Shown here: positions 49,670-62,974 of the stretch, piece by piece
Position numbering within the stretch: position 1 is the first letter of the stretch
Layout of the letters: each line of letters opens with the position of its first letter
From: Eledone cirrhosa
Lineage: Eukaryota
Assembly (NCBI GenBank): GCA_964016885.1
Contig: OZ024753.1
Location: 35,650,001 to 35,714,000, forward strand
DNA length: 64,000 nt
Direction of reading: 5' to 3'
Position numbers and translations under genes: made by a program
Notes under the pieces: model-generated
Seen by the model: the letters and a program-made list of their open reading frames with translations, nothing else
Databases searched by the model: none
What the model was told of the DNA's origin: nothing

Positions 49670-50612
49670 ATAAAAAGCACCCAGTCCACCCTGTGAGGTG
49701 GTATGTAGTGTTGGTGCCATGATAAAAACCACCCAGTCCACCCTGTGAGGTGGTAGGTAGTGATAGTGCCATGATAAAAAGCACCCAGTCCACCCTGTAA
49801 GGTGGTAGGTAGCATTGGTGCCATGATAAAAAGCACCCAGTCCACCCTGTAAGGTGGTAGGTAGTGTTGGTGCCATGATAAAAAGTACCCAGTCCACCCT
49901 GTGAGGTGGTAGGTAGTGTTGGTGCCATAATAAAAAGTACCCAGTCCACCTTGTGAGGTCGTAGGTAGTGTTGGTGCCATGATAAAAAGTACCCAGTCCA
50001 CCCTGTGAGGTGGTAGGTAGTGTTGGTGCCATAATAAAAAGTACCCAGTCCACCTTGTGAGGTCGTAGGTAGCGTTGGTGCCATGATAAAAAGCATCCAG
50101 TCCACCTTGTGAGGTGGTAGGTAGTGTTGGTGCCATAATAAAAAGTACCCAGTCCACCTTGTGAGGTCGTAGGTAGTGTTGGTGCCATGATAAAAAGCAC
50201 CCAGTCCACCCTGTAAGGTGGTAGGTAGTGTTGGTGCCATGATAAAAAGTACCCAGTCCACCTTGTGAGGTGGTAGGTAGTGTTGGTGCCATGATAAAAA
50301 GCACCCAGTCCACCCTGTAAGGTGGTAGGTAGTGTTGGTGCCATGATAAAAAGTACCCAGTCCACCTTGTGAGGTGGTAGGTAGTGTTGGTGCCATGATA
50401 AAAAGTACCCAGTCCACCCTGTAAGGTGGTATGTAGTGTTGGTGCCATGATAAAAAGTACCCAGTCCACCCTGTGAGGTGGTAGGTAGTGTTGGTGCCAT
50501 GATAAAAAGTACCCAGTCCACCCTGTGAGGTGGTAGGTAGTGTTGGTGCCATGATAAAAAGTACCCAGTCCACCCTGTGAGGTGGTTGTGCTGGTGCTAT
50601 GATAAAAAGCAT
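49670..50612. repeat. 52-bp minisatellite (~18 units) inside a SINE
   Basis: Unit GTAGGTAGTGTTGGTGCCATGATAAAAAGTACCCAGTCCACCCTGTGAGGTG, followed by the SINE 3' part. Confidence 0.95.
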
Positions 50613-51563
50613 CCAGAACGTGCTGTAAAGTGGTGGGTGTTAGGAAGGGCATCCAGCCATAGAAACCATACCAGGAATGGAACATATGAGCAAGATATGG
50701 TCATCGGCCTAGTCTAGCTGTAGTACGTGACAATGTGACAAATAGACATTAGACATGGTGGTGGTGGTGGTGGTGATAATCATGATGATGATGATGGCGA
50801 TGTTGATGATCATAATGATTAGACCTACTGAACTATGACAACCAAAGACCTGCTAATTACTAACAGAAATTCTAATTATCTGTATATAATTGTTTCTACT
50901 TTAGGCACAAGGCCGGCAATTACTCAGTGCATTACTGGTACTTTATTTTATCGACCCCCGTAAGGATGAAAGGCAAAGTCAACCTCGGCGGGATTATCTG
51001 TATATAATCCGTCTGTATTTGGTTTAGAATAGGTACACCATACACCAGCCTGCTGTAAGAAGCAACTAAAAGGGTTGGTGTCAGGAAGAACATCTAACTG
51101 TAAAACATTGCCTCAAAAAGTTCCATCCAACCCATGCCAGAATGGGAAATTCAATGTAAAATCATTGGTGATGATGCCGATGATGATAATGGTGACAATG
51201 ATGGCAACGATGATGATGAATCATTAAAAAATAGCTAGTAATGAGCATTAGTAAAAACAAAACATGCAAAATTCCCACCATTTGAAATATAATTAATTGT
51301 GCTACATATAATCAATTATAAGCGGCAATAATGTAAAATAGCTGGAATATATACCAGAACAAAACTGTGAAAATGATGAGCTTCAAGCAAGCTTTCTTGT
51401 AGTCGTTCGATCTGCTAGAAATAGCAGCCAAATTTTCTTCAGATCACACCATGGTATGGAATGGTCCCATAACTCTTGATGGATTCGTAGGGCTGCCGTA
51501 TTAACATACAGCGTTTCTTTGACATTTTAAGCCTGGAGGATCCCATCCCTCTCCAGGCCTGAG

Positions 51564-52220
51564 TGGCATACGTCAAGACGGGCGGTCAGGAAAGTGAAAG
51601 TAATTTTTGACACTGTGAATTTTTTTTGAATTTTTTTTTTTACAACAGGTCTCAATAGTGAAAGTTACGATACACACGCAATTGTATGGATTTCTTAATA
51701 TATATATATATGTGTGGGTGTGTATATGTGTGTCTGTATGTATATATATATATATGTGTGTTTGTATATATATGTGTTTGTGTCATCATCATCGTTTAAC
51801 GTCTATCTTCCACGCAAGCATGGGTTTCTGACCCAAATCCCTTATCATTCTCTGTCCTTCTTATGACCCGACCTTAATTTCTTTGGGGACAGAGAGTTGG
51901 TGCAAACAAGTTTGGCGAGATGTACAAACACATATATACACACAAACATATATATACGTCTAAACCCATGCTTGCGTGGAAGATAGACGTTAAACGATGA
52001 TGATGACACAAACACATATATATATATACAAACACACATATATATATATACATACAGACACACATATACACACCCACATATATATATATATTAAGAAATC
52101 CATACAATTGCGTGTGTATCGTAACTTTCACTATTGAGACCTGTTGTGAAAAAAAAAAAAAAAAAATTCAGTGTCAAAAATTACTTTCACTTTCCTGACC
52201 GCCCGTCTTGACGTATGCCA
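51564..52220. repeat. Inverted repeat, ~260-bp arms (51564-51827, 51962-52220) with 134-bp spacer
   Basis: TGGCATACGTCAAGACGGGC...CAAGCATGGGTTT is mirrored by AAACCCATGCTTG...GCCCGTCTTGACGTATGCCA. Confidence 0.95.
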
Positions 52221-52298
52221 TATATATATATAGTAATAGTTGTAAATCGAAGTTTTAGCTGTTACTCTGGAGTTTCGTCGGATGACCTATAAAGTCAC

Positions 52299-52558
52299 TG
52301 AGCTTTAAAATGTTACTTGCTTTTATTTGGTTGTATTATCAACACATTTAAAATCTTATTTATATATATATTCATTTATATTAAGGTTAAAAAGTGAGTC
52401 TTGCTACTCTAGAGCTTCGCCTGTTCTGATAAACAGGCGAAGCTCTAGAGTAACAAGACTCACTTTTTAACCTTAATATAAATGAATATATATATAAATA
52501 AGATTTTAAATGTGTCGATAATACAACCAAATAAAAGCAAGTAACATTTTAAAGCTCA
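52299..52558. repeat. Near-perfect palindrome, 127-bp arms, 6-nt loop
   Basis: Centre ..CTCTAGAGCTTCGCCTGTT ctgata AACAGGCGAAGCTCTAGAG.. Confidence 0.95.
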
Positions 52559-53276
52559 ATGTGATTCTATAGTGCCCAGCAAGAAACGGCAAATTCAAGA
52601 GAGGCAATAAAGATATAATAAAACTAGAGGTTATCTCCCTTGTATTAATTGTCTAATCTTTGTTATCATTCTCAATATTTTGATACTAAGCAAGTTTAAT
52701 GGAACAATAAAACGATGTTAAACCATGATACACACAATATTTTTGTAAACTCTCGTAATTTAATGAAAATGTAGCGCTGTCTAGTATAGTGTAAATGTTA
52801 TATTTGTACGGGTTCTCAATATATTCAGGCTTTAAATCGACGTTAAGTTTATGCTTAAAGGCTAACAATATAATCTGATATTTGGTCTTAATTTTCAGAT
52901 TTAAGCACCACATGGTGCTATATAAACCTTACAAGAGAGAATAACTAACGGGTGGATTTATCTATTAAATATTATTGTTTTTAAGTATTAAGTTCTGACG
53001 AGGGTTAGGCTCCGCCAGGTTCAAAATGTCAATGATACGCTGTGTCGGGGTTCCATACATCAATTAAATATTATTGTTTAGCATGACATCAGCTCCTATC
53101 GAGTAGACCTACCAATACTAACTTTCCAGTCATGACCACCACGTGTTATTCATATATCAGCGACTACATTATTCAATGTATTACTTCAGTATTTAAACCG
53201 GTCTCGTATATAATTTGAGGGGAGATTTTGGCTACTATTTCTACTAAGTCGAGTAACTAGGTAGATGCTGTTTTCC

Positions 53277-53310
<34 letters not shown>

Positions 53311-54128
53311 ATAAAAGTTATATCTGTATATATACGACATAGAGGCAATCGAGACTTCGTAAATGTGAATATAAATTTACACATTTTTATATAGACATAT
53401 AAACATACCAAACATTCATATTTCCTTGCTACGTATATTTGGCATGTATATATATCTATATCTATAGATATAGATATATATATACTAAAAATGTGTAAAT
53501 TTGTATACACATTTGCGTAGTTTCGGTTACCTCCATACAGTATATACTACATATATATATAGTTATAATTTTAACGTATACTACGGTTGCTTAGCACACA
53601 ACTTAATATATACAGTATATATCGATATATATAATATGTATCGACAACACGCTCTGATTCCTTTTGATGAATGACTCATTATAACTGACAATTATTTAAC
53701 ATCCTTTATTATTTATTCATGTCTTTTTAAAAAATCCTCTACCTATATAAGCAGTAGATGACATCACTGTAGAGATGCTTGACAACGGGAAATTTTTTTT
53801 TTTTTTTGTCTTAATATTCTGGTTCTACCTGACACACGCCATATTGAATTCATATAGCACCGCCAAACACACACACGTGTGTGTGTGTGTTTATATATAT
53901 GTATGTGTGTTGTGTATTCATGTATATGTATGTAAATATTATATATATATATATATCATAAATCATGTCTTTAGAATTATTAGATAAAATATATACCATT
54001 TCCTCTCTCTAATATATATATTAATATATATATATATATATATATTAATATATATATATATATATATTGCACGCACACATATACATGCATATGTAGTGTA
54101 GATTTTCTATTCATTTTATATCTATCTA

Positions 54129-54184
<56 letters not shown>

Positions 54185-54260
54185 ACTCATGCCGCCAATA
54201 ATAACAATAGTGTTGAATGTATTTAATTTTTTGGGTCCAGTATTTGTATGCTATTTGTGC

Positions 54261-54319
<59 letters not shown>

Positions 54320-54449
54320 AAGGTTAAACAAGGTTCAATGAATAAAGTTTTACAATAGATTAGAAGCACTCCACAGTGATTGGTTTTACGGAGTTATTAA
54401 TATTAATTCAAAATATTAACAAATATAGACATTCGTGTGATCAAGTATA

Positions 54450-54512
54450 TTTTATTATACATATTTCAGAGGTACTGAGCTATCTTCAACAGTACGTCCT
54501 CATCAGATAAAA
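54450..54512 (-). ncRNA. Minimal type I hammerhead ribozyme (family A)
   Basis: Minus strand: TTTTAT-CTGATGA-GGACGTACTG ttgaagatagct CAGTACCTCT-GAAA-T atgt ATA-ATAAAA. Confidence 0.8.
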
Positions 54513-54844
54513 TAAGATGATGCATGACATACCTTGACTAAGTAGATGGTTAAAATTCAGTCATGGCAGTGAATAAGATAGGACAAAACTCAATATTTAT
54601 ATACCTTAAGATTGAGACATGAAAAATTACATATAATACAGAGGGTGCGTGTGAGAAAGCTTATAAAGATACATAATAATAAACAACTACTAATATAATA
54701 TAAACCTACATAACTGTTAGAAATTTAAATTATTGAAGAAAGGGGAAGTGAAAGACAGAGAGAGAAACAGATGAGGAAAAAGAGAGTGACTATATATATA
54801 TATATATATATATATAAAGCCACATGATTGATGTATATCGATCT

Positions 54845-54879
<35 letters not shown>

Positions 54880-56248
54880 GGCACGCACCCACAACACATA
54901 TATGAAAATGTGAATGTGACCTGACCCGTTCATACTCCCTCTGTCACTGCTACCTTGTTAATTCTCATCATCATCCCCACTCAAAAAATGTAGGAGAGGG
55001 CTGTACAGTTGAGAATTACCCATAACCTCATTGGTATTAGAGATACGATAAAATGCACTCAGTGCACTCTGTAAAGTTGTTGGTGTTAGGAAGGGCATTT
55101 AGCCGCCGTAGACAGCATGCCAAGAACATTTCAGTCACGTTGTGGGCATAACAGCCTCACTAGTGCAGATGCTACGAAAAATGCACCTGGTACACCTTAT
55201 GAAGTGGCTGGTGTTAGGAAAAGCATCCAGCCGTAGAAAACTTACCAAATAAAGGGTTGACAGGACCGTGTTAAGGGCACCACAACCTCCCTAGTGATGA
55301 CGCCACAATAGATTGCACCCTATACACTCTGTAAAGTGGTTGGCGTTAGGAAGGACATCCAGCCGTATAAAACTGGCACACAGACGGTAGAGAGAATTCT
55401 TCAATTGTGCTAAAGACATCGTTTTTGTATATCTAACATCGTTTTTTTTTTGTTTTTTGGGTTTTTTTTGGCATTGAAAACAGAAGTTACTACTACTTAA
55501 GCAAGCAAGGAAAGTGAGGACAGATAGCTAAATGTTACAATTCTTCGCCGCCAAATTAATTTTTTTTTTACGTGTACACACACGTATATATTCACACGTA
55601 TATATGCAGACATACACACACAGATAGACACGCGCATGCGCTCCCTACATACACATACACACACGCACGTGTATGAGTTTATATATAGAACTGTTTAAAC
55701 AGATGAATACTTAATTATTTGGGACACGCAGATATATATATAATACAAATATACATATATAATACAAATATATATATATGTTTAGAAGACGGCGAGCGGA
55801 ATTTGAAATTTGAATTGGCTTTCGCCGTATTTTTGACAACAGAAAAAGTCTAATTCCGTTCAGAGGCTTATTCAATTTTCATATATATATATATATATAT
55901 TTGAAATGTAGTCATCCCAACGTAAATGATCATAACAATGGATCGATCACTCACTATTAATAATAGTTGAGAAAATCGGGTTAAGTACCCATGGAGACGA
56001 GAAGTGAACTGAGGGAGGCGCCTGCAATGAGACGGACCCCCTCCACATTCCGGATGTTCATTTACATACATATATATATGTGTGTGTGTGTGTGTACGGT
56101 GTCCCCCCCCCCCCACCCCCCAAAAAAATGTATACACACTTTAACAGCATTCAAATCAAAGTATGTATACATTTTGGGGGGACACGCTATATATATATAT
56201 GTATATATGTATATATATATATATATGTGTGTGTGTGTAAAGTTCTAT

Positions 56249-56292
<44 letters not shown>

Positions 56293-56386
56293 GGAGGTGA
56301 GTTTTATTGTAGTACAATAAAGCAATGCAGATATCGGATAAGAAGCACTCTACAGTTTGTAGGACTGGAGTATACATAATATTGTT

Positions 56387-56441
<55 letters not shown>

Positions 56442-57372
56442 ATTATTTTCGTTTTAGCTATGACAACTCAGGCCATGCTGGATCCTTATGCGTGTGCACG
56501 CGCCTGTATTGATGTATCAATAGCACTCACTCATAACGTGTGGTTTGTCTGTTTTTCTAAATAGAAAGACAAATAGAGAGGATGGGGAAGAAATAGATCG
56601 GATGAAGAAATAAATAGAAAGAGAGAGGGTGAGAGAAAGAGTAAGATAGAGATGTGAATTAGTTGCTGAAAATATGTTTAATAGCAGTTACATTTAGTGA
56701 ACAAGATCAGCTTGTTATTCAAACAACCAAACCACAAACAAAAATAGATATATTGTGAAGGAAAGATAAAGATAAATAGTGCGAGGAAACACTTTTTTTT
56801 CAAAATAAATACTACTAATACTAATAATATTATCGGAAACATGAGATTGATTGCTAGTAAATATTGTTAGCTTTGTCTTCTTCATTCATGCCAGCCACGT
56901 TTTAACATCAGTAGGCAGACATTTAATAAGATAAGACAATATTGATATTTATTATATATTATTATTACATTAAAGCAGAGCTGACAACATTTCTCGTCTT
57001 TTTTAACCCTTATTTATCTGTCAGTGGATGTAAATAAACAATCGCTTTTGTCTTGGTTTTTTTTTTTTCTTGTTTATTTTTAGAAGCACTGGACGAATTA
57101 CGGATTATGAATTATGAAAATATAATATATAGCTTGAAGTTAGCTGCTTCAACGTAGATTTTTTTATTGGGTTTATTTTATTATTATTTTTTTTTTTTAC
57201 TATGAAAAATAGTGGAACAAGTTTCTGTATACGACTCCACCAGAGACGGGGGAAAAGTAAATGTTGTCCATATATATTATAGTATATTAATTTGTGTGTG
57301 GCCAGAAAAAAAAAATGAAATATAGATGAGCAAGAGAGGGAGAATGGAGGAAAGAAAACTATAGAATGGGAA

Positions 57373-57429
<57 letters not shown>

Positions 57430-57452
57430 CGAGCTATTAGTAATTATATGTG

Positions 57453-57482
<30 letters not shown>

Positions 57483-57488
<6 letters not shown>

Positions 57489-57685
57489 CAATACTTCCTT
57501 GAATATATATACACACTCAGTGAAGAAAAAAAAAAATATATCAATGAAATACACAGTAGCTAAGGTTGGTTACACACGAAGTTCTTGTCAGTTGTCACCT
57601 GAGCTGCTAAGTGACAATTAACCAATACACACCCTTACCACAAGTCGATCTTAAACACATGTCTATGTATATGTGTGTGTATGTG

Positions 57686-57716
<31 letters not shown>

Positions 57717-57957
57717 TCTCTCTCAATTAAAATATATATATATATATATATATGAAGGATGAAAAGTTCATAGGCTGACCAAGATACTCTCATGGAATGA
57801 CCAAATGAGCTTTATTGTTTAACAGACTCTGGAAAGAAACAATGCAGTTATTAATTAATAAGAAGAGTTGAAATTAATGCATGCAAGATTTCACAGCTCT
57901 AGCATCACTCCTTCATAGTCAGTCTATGAACTTTTCAGCTTACTCTCGTGTACACAC

Positions 57958-57988
<31 letters not shown>

Positions 57989-58061
57989 GGGCTGTCCCCG
58001 CCAAAAATGTTTACACACTTCAACAGCATTCTAATGAATATGTGTATACATTTTTGGAGGA

Positions 58062-58133
<72 letters not shown>

Positions 58134-58312
58134 ATATATACATGCGTTTAAGATCGACTTGTGGTAAGGGTGTGTGTCAGTTAATTGTCACTTACCAGCT
58201 CAGGTGACAACTGACAAGAACTTCGTATGTAACCTACACTAGCTTACTGTGTATTTCATTGATATTTTTCCTCGACACTGTGTGTATATATTCGAGGAGA
58301 GGTATTAAATAT
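57483..58312. repeat. Diverged inverted repeat (~180-bp arms) enclosing two MITEs and (TA)n tracts
   Basis: CGAAGTTCTTGTCAGTTGTCACCTGAGCTG..CCCTTACCACAAGTCGATCTTAAAC is mirrored at 58145-58230. Confidence 0.88.
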
Positions 58313-59339
58313 ATACAGTATATATATATATATATATAAAATTACTGTGATAGCTTTGTTTAGTTAAAGCATCAGTTAAAATAGCCATACAAATTTATGC
58401 TAATTCTTTCTTTGTCTTCCGCGTCAGAAATATTTATAAATTGGTTTCAAGGCCAACTTTTATAACAGGGAGGAGTTTAAATGAAATAAATCGATATCTT
58501 TGTATCTTTACTTCTTTCCTCCTTTTATTGATTCCGGAAGGATGGATGGTAGACATGACCACGCCGAGATTTGAACTCAGGAAGAAAACAAAACAATTTA
58601 TAAATAGCTAAAAATAATTAAATTGTTAAGATAAAGAAAGCAGAAAACACCCCCTCCGTAAAAATATTTATAAAATCGAACGAATTAAGAAGCTGTCTAA
58701 TCAACGTTTGACTTGTTCGATGTAGCTGTGAAATCTCCATCAACAAACTGCTACTCCGTTTAAACTTAAGATAGCATAGTATGTTCCATAATAAAGTCGG
58801 GATGGATGGCCATTATTGGAAGCATTCATCAGATTCATCGTTCGATCAATTAACTCTCTGACCTAAAGGTCTGCTGCTTAAATAGATATACCCCCCCCCC
58901 CCCCAAAAAAAAACATTATTTAAAAATCGATGTTATTTGAAGAATGTATAAAATTATATGATATACACATTTATTTTTATATAGTAAATTGTGAACAATA
59001 GCGTCGTAGGTATGAAGTTTCCATCATCTAATAATTAATTCAATATATTTTTAACAGCGAGGGAGTATTTAACTTGATTCAAAGAAGTTTATTTATGTGT
59101 GTTGAACAATGAAAATAAAAAAAAGTCGAAGATAGATTCTTAATTAGCTCATTGTTTTACGATCGTTTCAGAGGGTTGGTTGATCATGGTAAATCTATAT
59201 ATTGACTAACAGGTAGTGGTTATATCACTACCTATATCTCTCACAGCCTTATCTCATTGTAACCAAGGCAGCATTGAGTTCTAACAATGTTATCAGCCCC
59301 ACCATAAAAAGGTAGACACCAATATGTGTGTGTGTATAT

Positions 59340-59496
59340 GGCCTCAGCCGGATGGCTGGAACCGGTAAAAGATTATAACCCTGCGATGGACTGGCGTCTT
59401 GTCCCAGGGGGGAGTCTTGCACTCTCAGTCGCTTCACGCCATGAAACCGAGATAACCACTGGCCTAATGAGCCTTCTGGCTTAAGACAGACTTTAG
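59340..59496 (+). mobile_element. SINE 3'/central-domain fragment
   Basis: AACCCTGCGATGGACTGGCGTCTTGTCCCAGGGGG..GTCGCTTCACGCCATGAAACCG resembles conserved domains of widespread metazoan SINEs. Family not determined. Confidence 0.55.
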
Positions 59497-59542
59497 ACAT
59501 ATATATAAATATATATATATATATATAAATATATATAAATAT

Positions 59543-59575
<33 letters not shown>

Positions 59576-59718
59576 ATGATAATAATAAATTTGAAGACTA
59601 AAATCCAAAGAGGTCTCGATAAGGATAAATATATATCAAATATATAAGAACCATCGATTCTTTGCTTAAACTTTAATCTGTTATTGTCAATTTTTATTTA
59701 TAAAACTGATCTATGTTA

Positions 59719-59783
59719 TATTTTATCTGATGAAAGCACACCATAATTTAACTTGGTGTCCTTGAAATATGTATAATGAAATA
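59719..59783 (+). ncRNA. Minimal type I hammerhead ribozyme (family A)
   Basis: TATTTTAT-CTGATGA-AAGCACACCA taatttaact TGGTGTCCTT-GAAA-T atgt ATA-ATGAAATA. Near-identical to the 37410 copy, including flanks. Confidence 0.82.
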
Positions 59784-60003
59784 AATATGGTTGTATAAAT
59801 ATAGTTTCCATTTGTTAATATCGTATATATATATATATATATACGGGATAACAGATTATCGTTATAGGCAGTCCACTTAGATGTAGTCCAGTTAGAGTAC
59901 TCCGTGTAATGAATAGTATTAATGTGTGGCTTAGTTTGACTCAACCAGACATTTCCATAGCGAGTTCGCGGTGATTTCTATGTAGTTTACACTTGGAGTA
60001 ATA

Positions 60004-60213
60004 ATAATTCAAGAAAGAAGAGTGACTTGGTTTGCTATACAATAAGGGCTTTATTCACATTGCTGACAATTGTTTCTTTGATCTGGCAGGTCTAGAGTTT
60101 GCTATCTGCCTGTAGTGAACTCTAGACCTGCCAGATCAAAGAAACAATTGTCAGCAATGTGAATAAAGCCCTTATTGTATAGCGAACCATGTCACTCTTC
60201 TTTCTTGAATTAT
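60004..60213. repeat. Near-perfect palindrome, ~96-bp arms
   Basis: ..GATCTGGCAGGTCTAGAGTT tgctatctgcctgtagtg AACTCTAGACCTGCCAGATC.. Confidence 0.95.
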
Positions 60214-60221
60214 ATATATAT

Positions 60222-60561
60222 ATCATCATCATCATCATTTTACGTCCGCTTTTCCCTGTTTGCAAGGGTGGGACGGGAACTGATTCTGACATGATTTCTA
60301 CAGCAGGATGCCCTTCCTAACACCAACCTCATTTACAGTGAGTGCTGGGTGCTTTTTTGCCGTGGCACCTCCACGACCACTTTACAGTGGAATGATAGGG
60401 ACCCCACTCCCTATCATCTCATTTCTACAGCTGAGTAAACTGGAGCAATGTGAAATAAAGTGTCTTGCTCAAGGAAACAACACATCACCCGGTCTGAGAA
60501 TTGAACTCACAACCTTTCGATTGCAAGGCCAATGCTCTAACCCCTAAGCCATGTGCCTCCA
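60222..60561 (-). mobile_element. tRNA-derived SINE, full length
   Basis: Head, core and (GAT)n tail all present on the minus strand. Confidence 0.88.
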
Positions 60562-60796
60562 TATATATATGTGTATGTGTGTCCGTGTATATATATATAT
60601 ATACTATTAGATATTTTCTAAATTATCATCTAACCAATTCTTTTATTTACCTAAAGCCTTTTTTTCATTTGACATGACCTGCTTGCTCATCGATTTAATA
60701 AAAATAATCAAATCCATTGTTTCTGAGGATTGACAGCAGAATAGATATAATTTTTAAGGCTCTAACCACTAAGCCATGCGCCTCCATATATATATA

Positions 60797-61528
60797 TGCA
60801 AAGTATGGGTGCATAAAAGATGTAGTGGGATCATAGGTAAGCTAAGAACATAGATTTTACATGTGGCCGGTGCTCTGGTGCAATAAGTAGCAGCAAGTGC
60901 CCACAAAATACTAGCTCTTTCAATTGCGCAGAGGGTTCTATAGAAATAGTGGACAGCTTCCGTTACCTGGGTGACAAAATCAGCAGTGGGGGAGGGTGCT
61001 CTGAAAGTACAGTAGCCAGAGTCAGAACTGGATGGAAAAAGTTCAGAGAGCTTATACCACTATTAGCCGCTAAAGGGTTCTCCCTAAAAATGAAAGGCAG
61101 GCTGTATGATGCCTGCATACGAACAGCAATGTTGCATGGCAGTGAGACCTGGGCATTGTGTGCAGAGGATATACGCAGACTAGAGAGTAACGTAGCTTGC
61201 ATGCTCCGCTGGGTGTGTAATAGTAATATACGCGAACAGCAAAGCATAAACGAACTAAGGGAAAAATTAAAAATAAGAGGGATCAGATGTTGTTTACTCG
61301 AGAGAAGGCTACATTGGTATGGTCACGTGATGCGCATGAAAGACGACAGCTGTATAAAAAAGTGCAGGGCAATAAAGATAGACGGTAGCCATGGAGTAGG
61401 CAGACCCAGAAAAACCTAGGACGACCTGATAAACTCCGACCTCACACACTTACACCTCTCCAAGACAATGTCACTGGACCGAGATCTTTGGCGGCACTCA
61501 GTAATAGAGAAGACCCGCCTTACCTAAA
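60797..61528 (+). mobile_element. RTE-X-like LINE 3' fragment
   Basis: ORF 60949-61419: DSFRYLGDKISSGGGC..LYDACIRTAMLHGSETW..RRLHWYGHVMRM..GRPRKT. Confidence 0.88.
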
Positions 61529-61654
61529 TACAAAGTAAAACCTACTACAGTCAGTAGGCATCTCTAACAAAATACACCCCCGTCCCATCCACACCGCCTC
61601 TTTCAATGTAAAGTTATGTTGGTGCCACAACATCCAGGCCGAAACAAATGAGAT

Positions 61655-61997
<343 letters not shown>

Positions 61998-62150
61998 AGA
62001 TAACAAGGACGATTGGTTACTCCTTCATTACGTTTATTTGTTGGCGACGCGTATTGCGCCACTGGCCAGCTCAAGGTTCGATCTGTATCAATCTGACCTG
62101 ACTCTGTAATCTGCAGCTCGTCAGACCCCTTGTAATGTTAATCTCCCTGG

Positions 62151-62192
<42 letters not shown>

Positions 62193-62425
62193 AATATTCG
62201 AATCGCAGTGCCAGGTGGCTTCAGCTCTCTGCTGAGGTCGGGATATTTTATTTCCCCATGCATTGAGTTCTTGAGTACTCCCATAATTAGTGGTCTCTTC
62301 ACTTTCAGCACTGCAGATTCTCTCTCTCTCTCTTTATATATATCTGTTAAAGCCAATAAATTTCTACTCTTTCCTCTTGCTGAAGTCTATATTTTTCTTG
62401 GTGCAAAATTTGCTTATATTACTTG

Positions 62426-62467
<42 letters not shown>

Positions 62468-62974
62468 ATATATATATTGGTCTTCTTGTAGTAGTTTATT
62501 TTCTACAAGCAGGGCCGCCACTACATTTATTCCAACTTGGGAACAGCGCTAAGAGCTGTGCATTACTGAATTTTAAAGTACCACAATTTTATAGAAATTT
62601 GTATAATTAAATTAAATATATAATTTCTTGTGATCAATACATCACTAACCTCATCTCATGGTAAATAAATAAATGTTGGAGAGAATTTGTTTGCTGTACT
62701 GTCAGAATCCAGCTACATTGAGTGTATGTAATGTATATATATGTGTATATATGTATGTACATATGTATGTATGTATGTCATCATCGCCGTTGTGATGTGT
62801 GCATACATATAGCTGTTCTCCATATGCATCTTTAGTCTTTTGCTTCCAGGTCTGAAATTTCTTCTCTTATTCAGTTTTAAACTCTCCCATTATAGCCTGC
62901 AGGACAATAATAAACAGGAGAGGGCTAAGAACAGAGCCCTGCTGGAACCCAACTTGCATGTTAAATTCTTCACT

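Noticed and set aside
57075-57160. Possible plus-strand terminal exon (ALDELRIMNYENIIYSLKLAAST*)
   Set aside because: Only an acceptor-like site supports it; no partner exons or recognisable homology.
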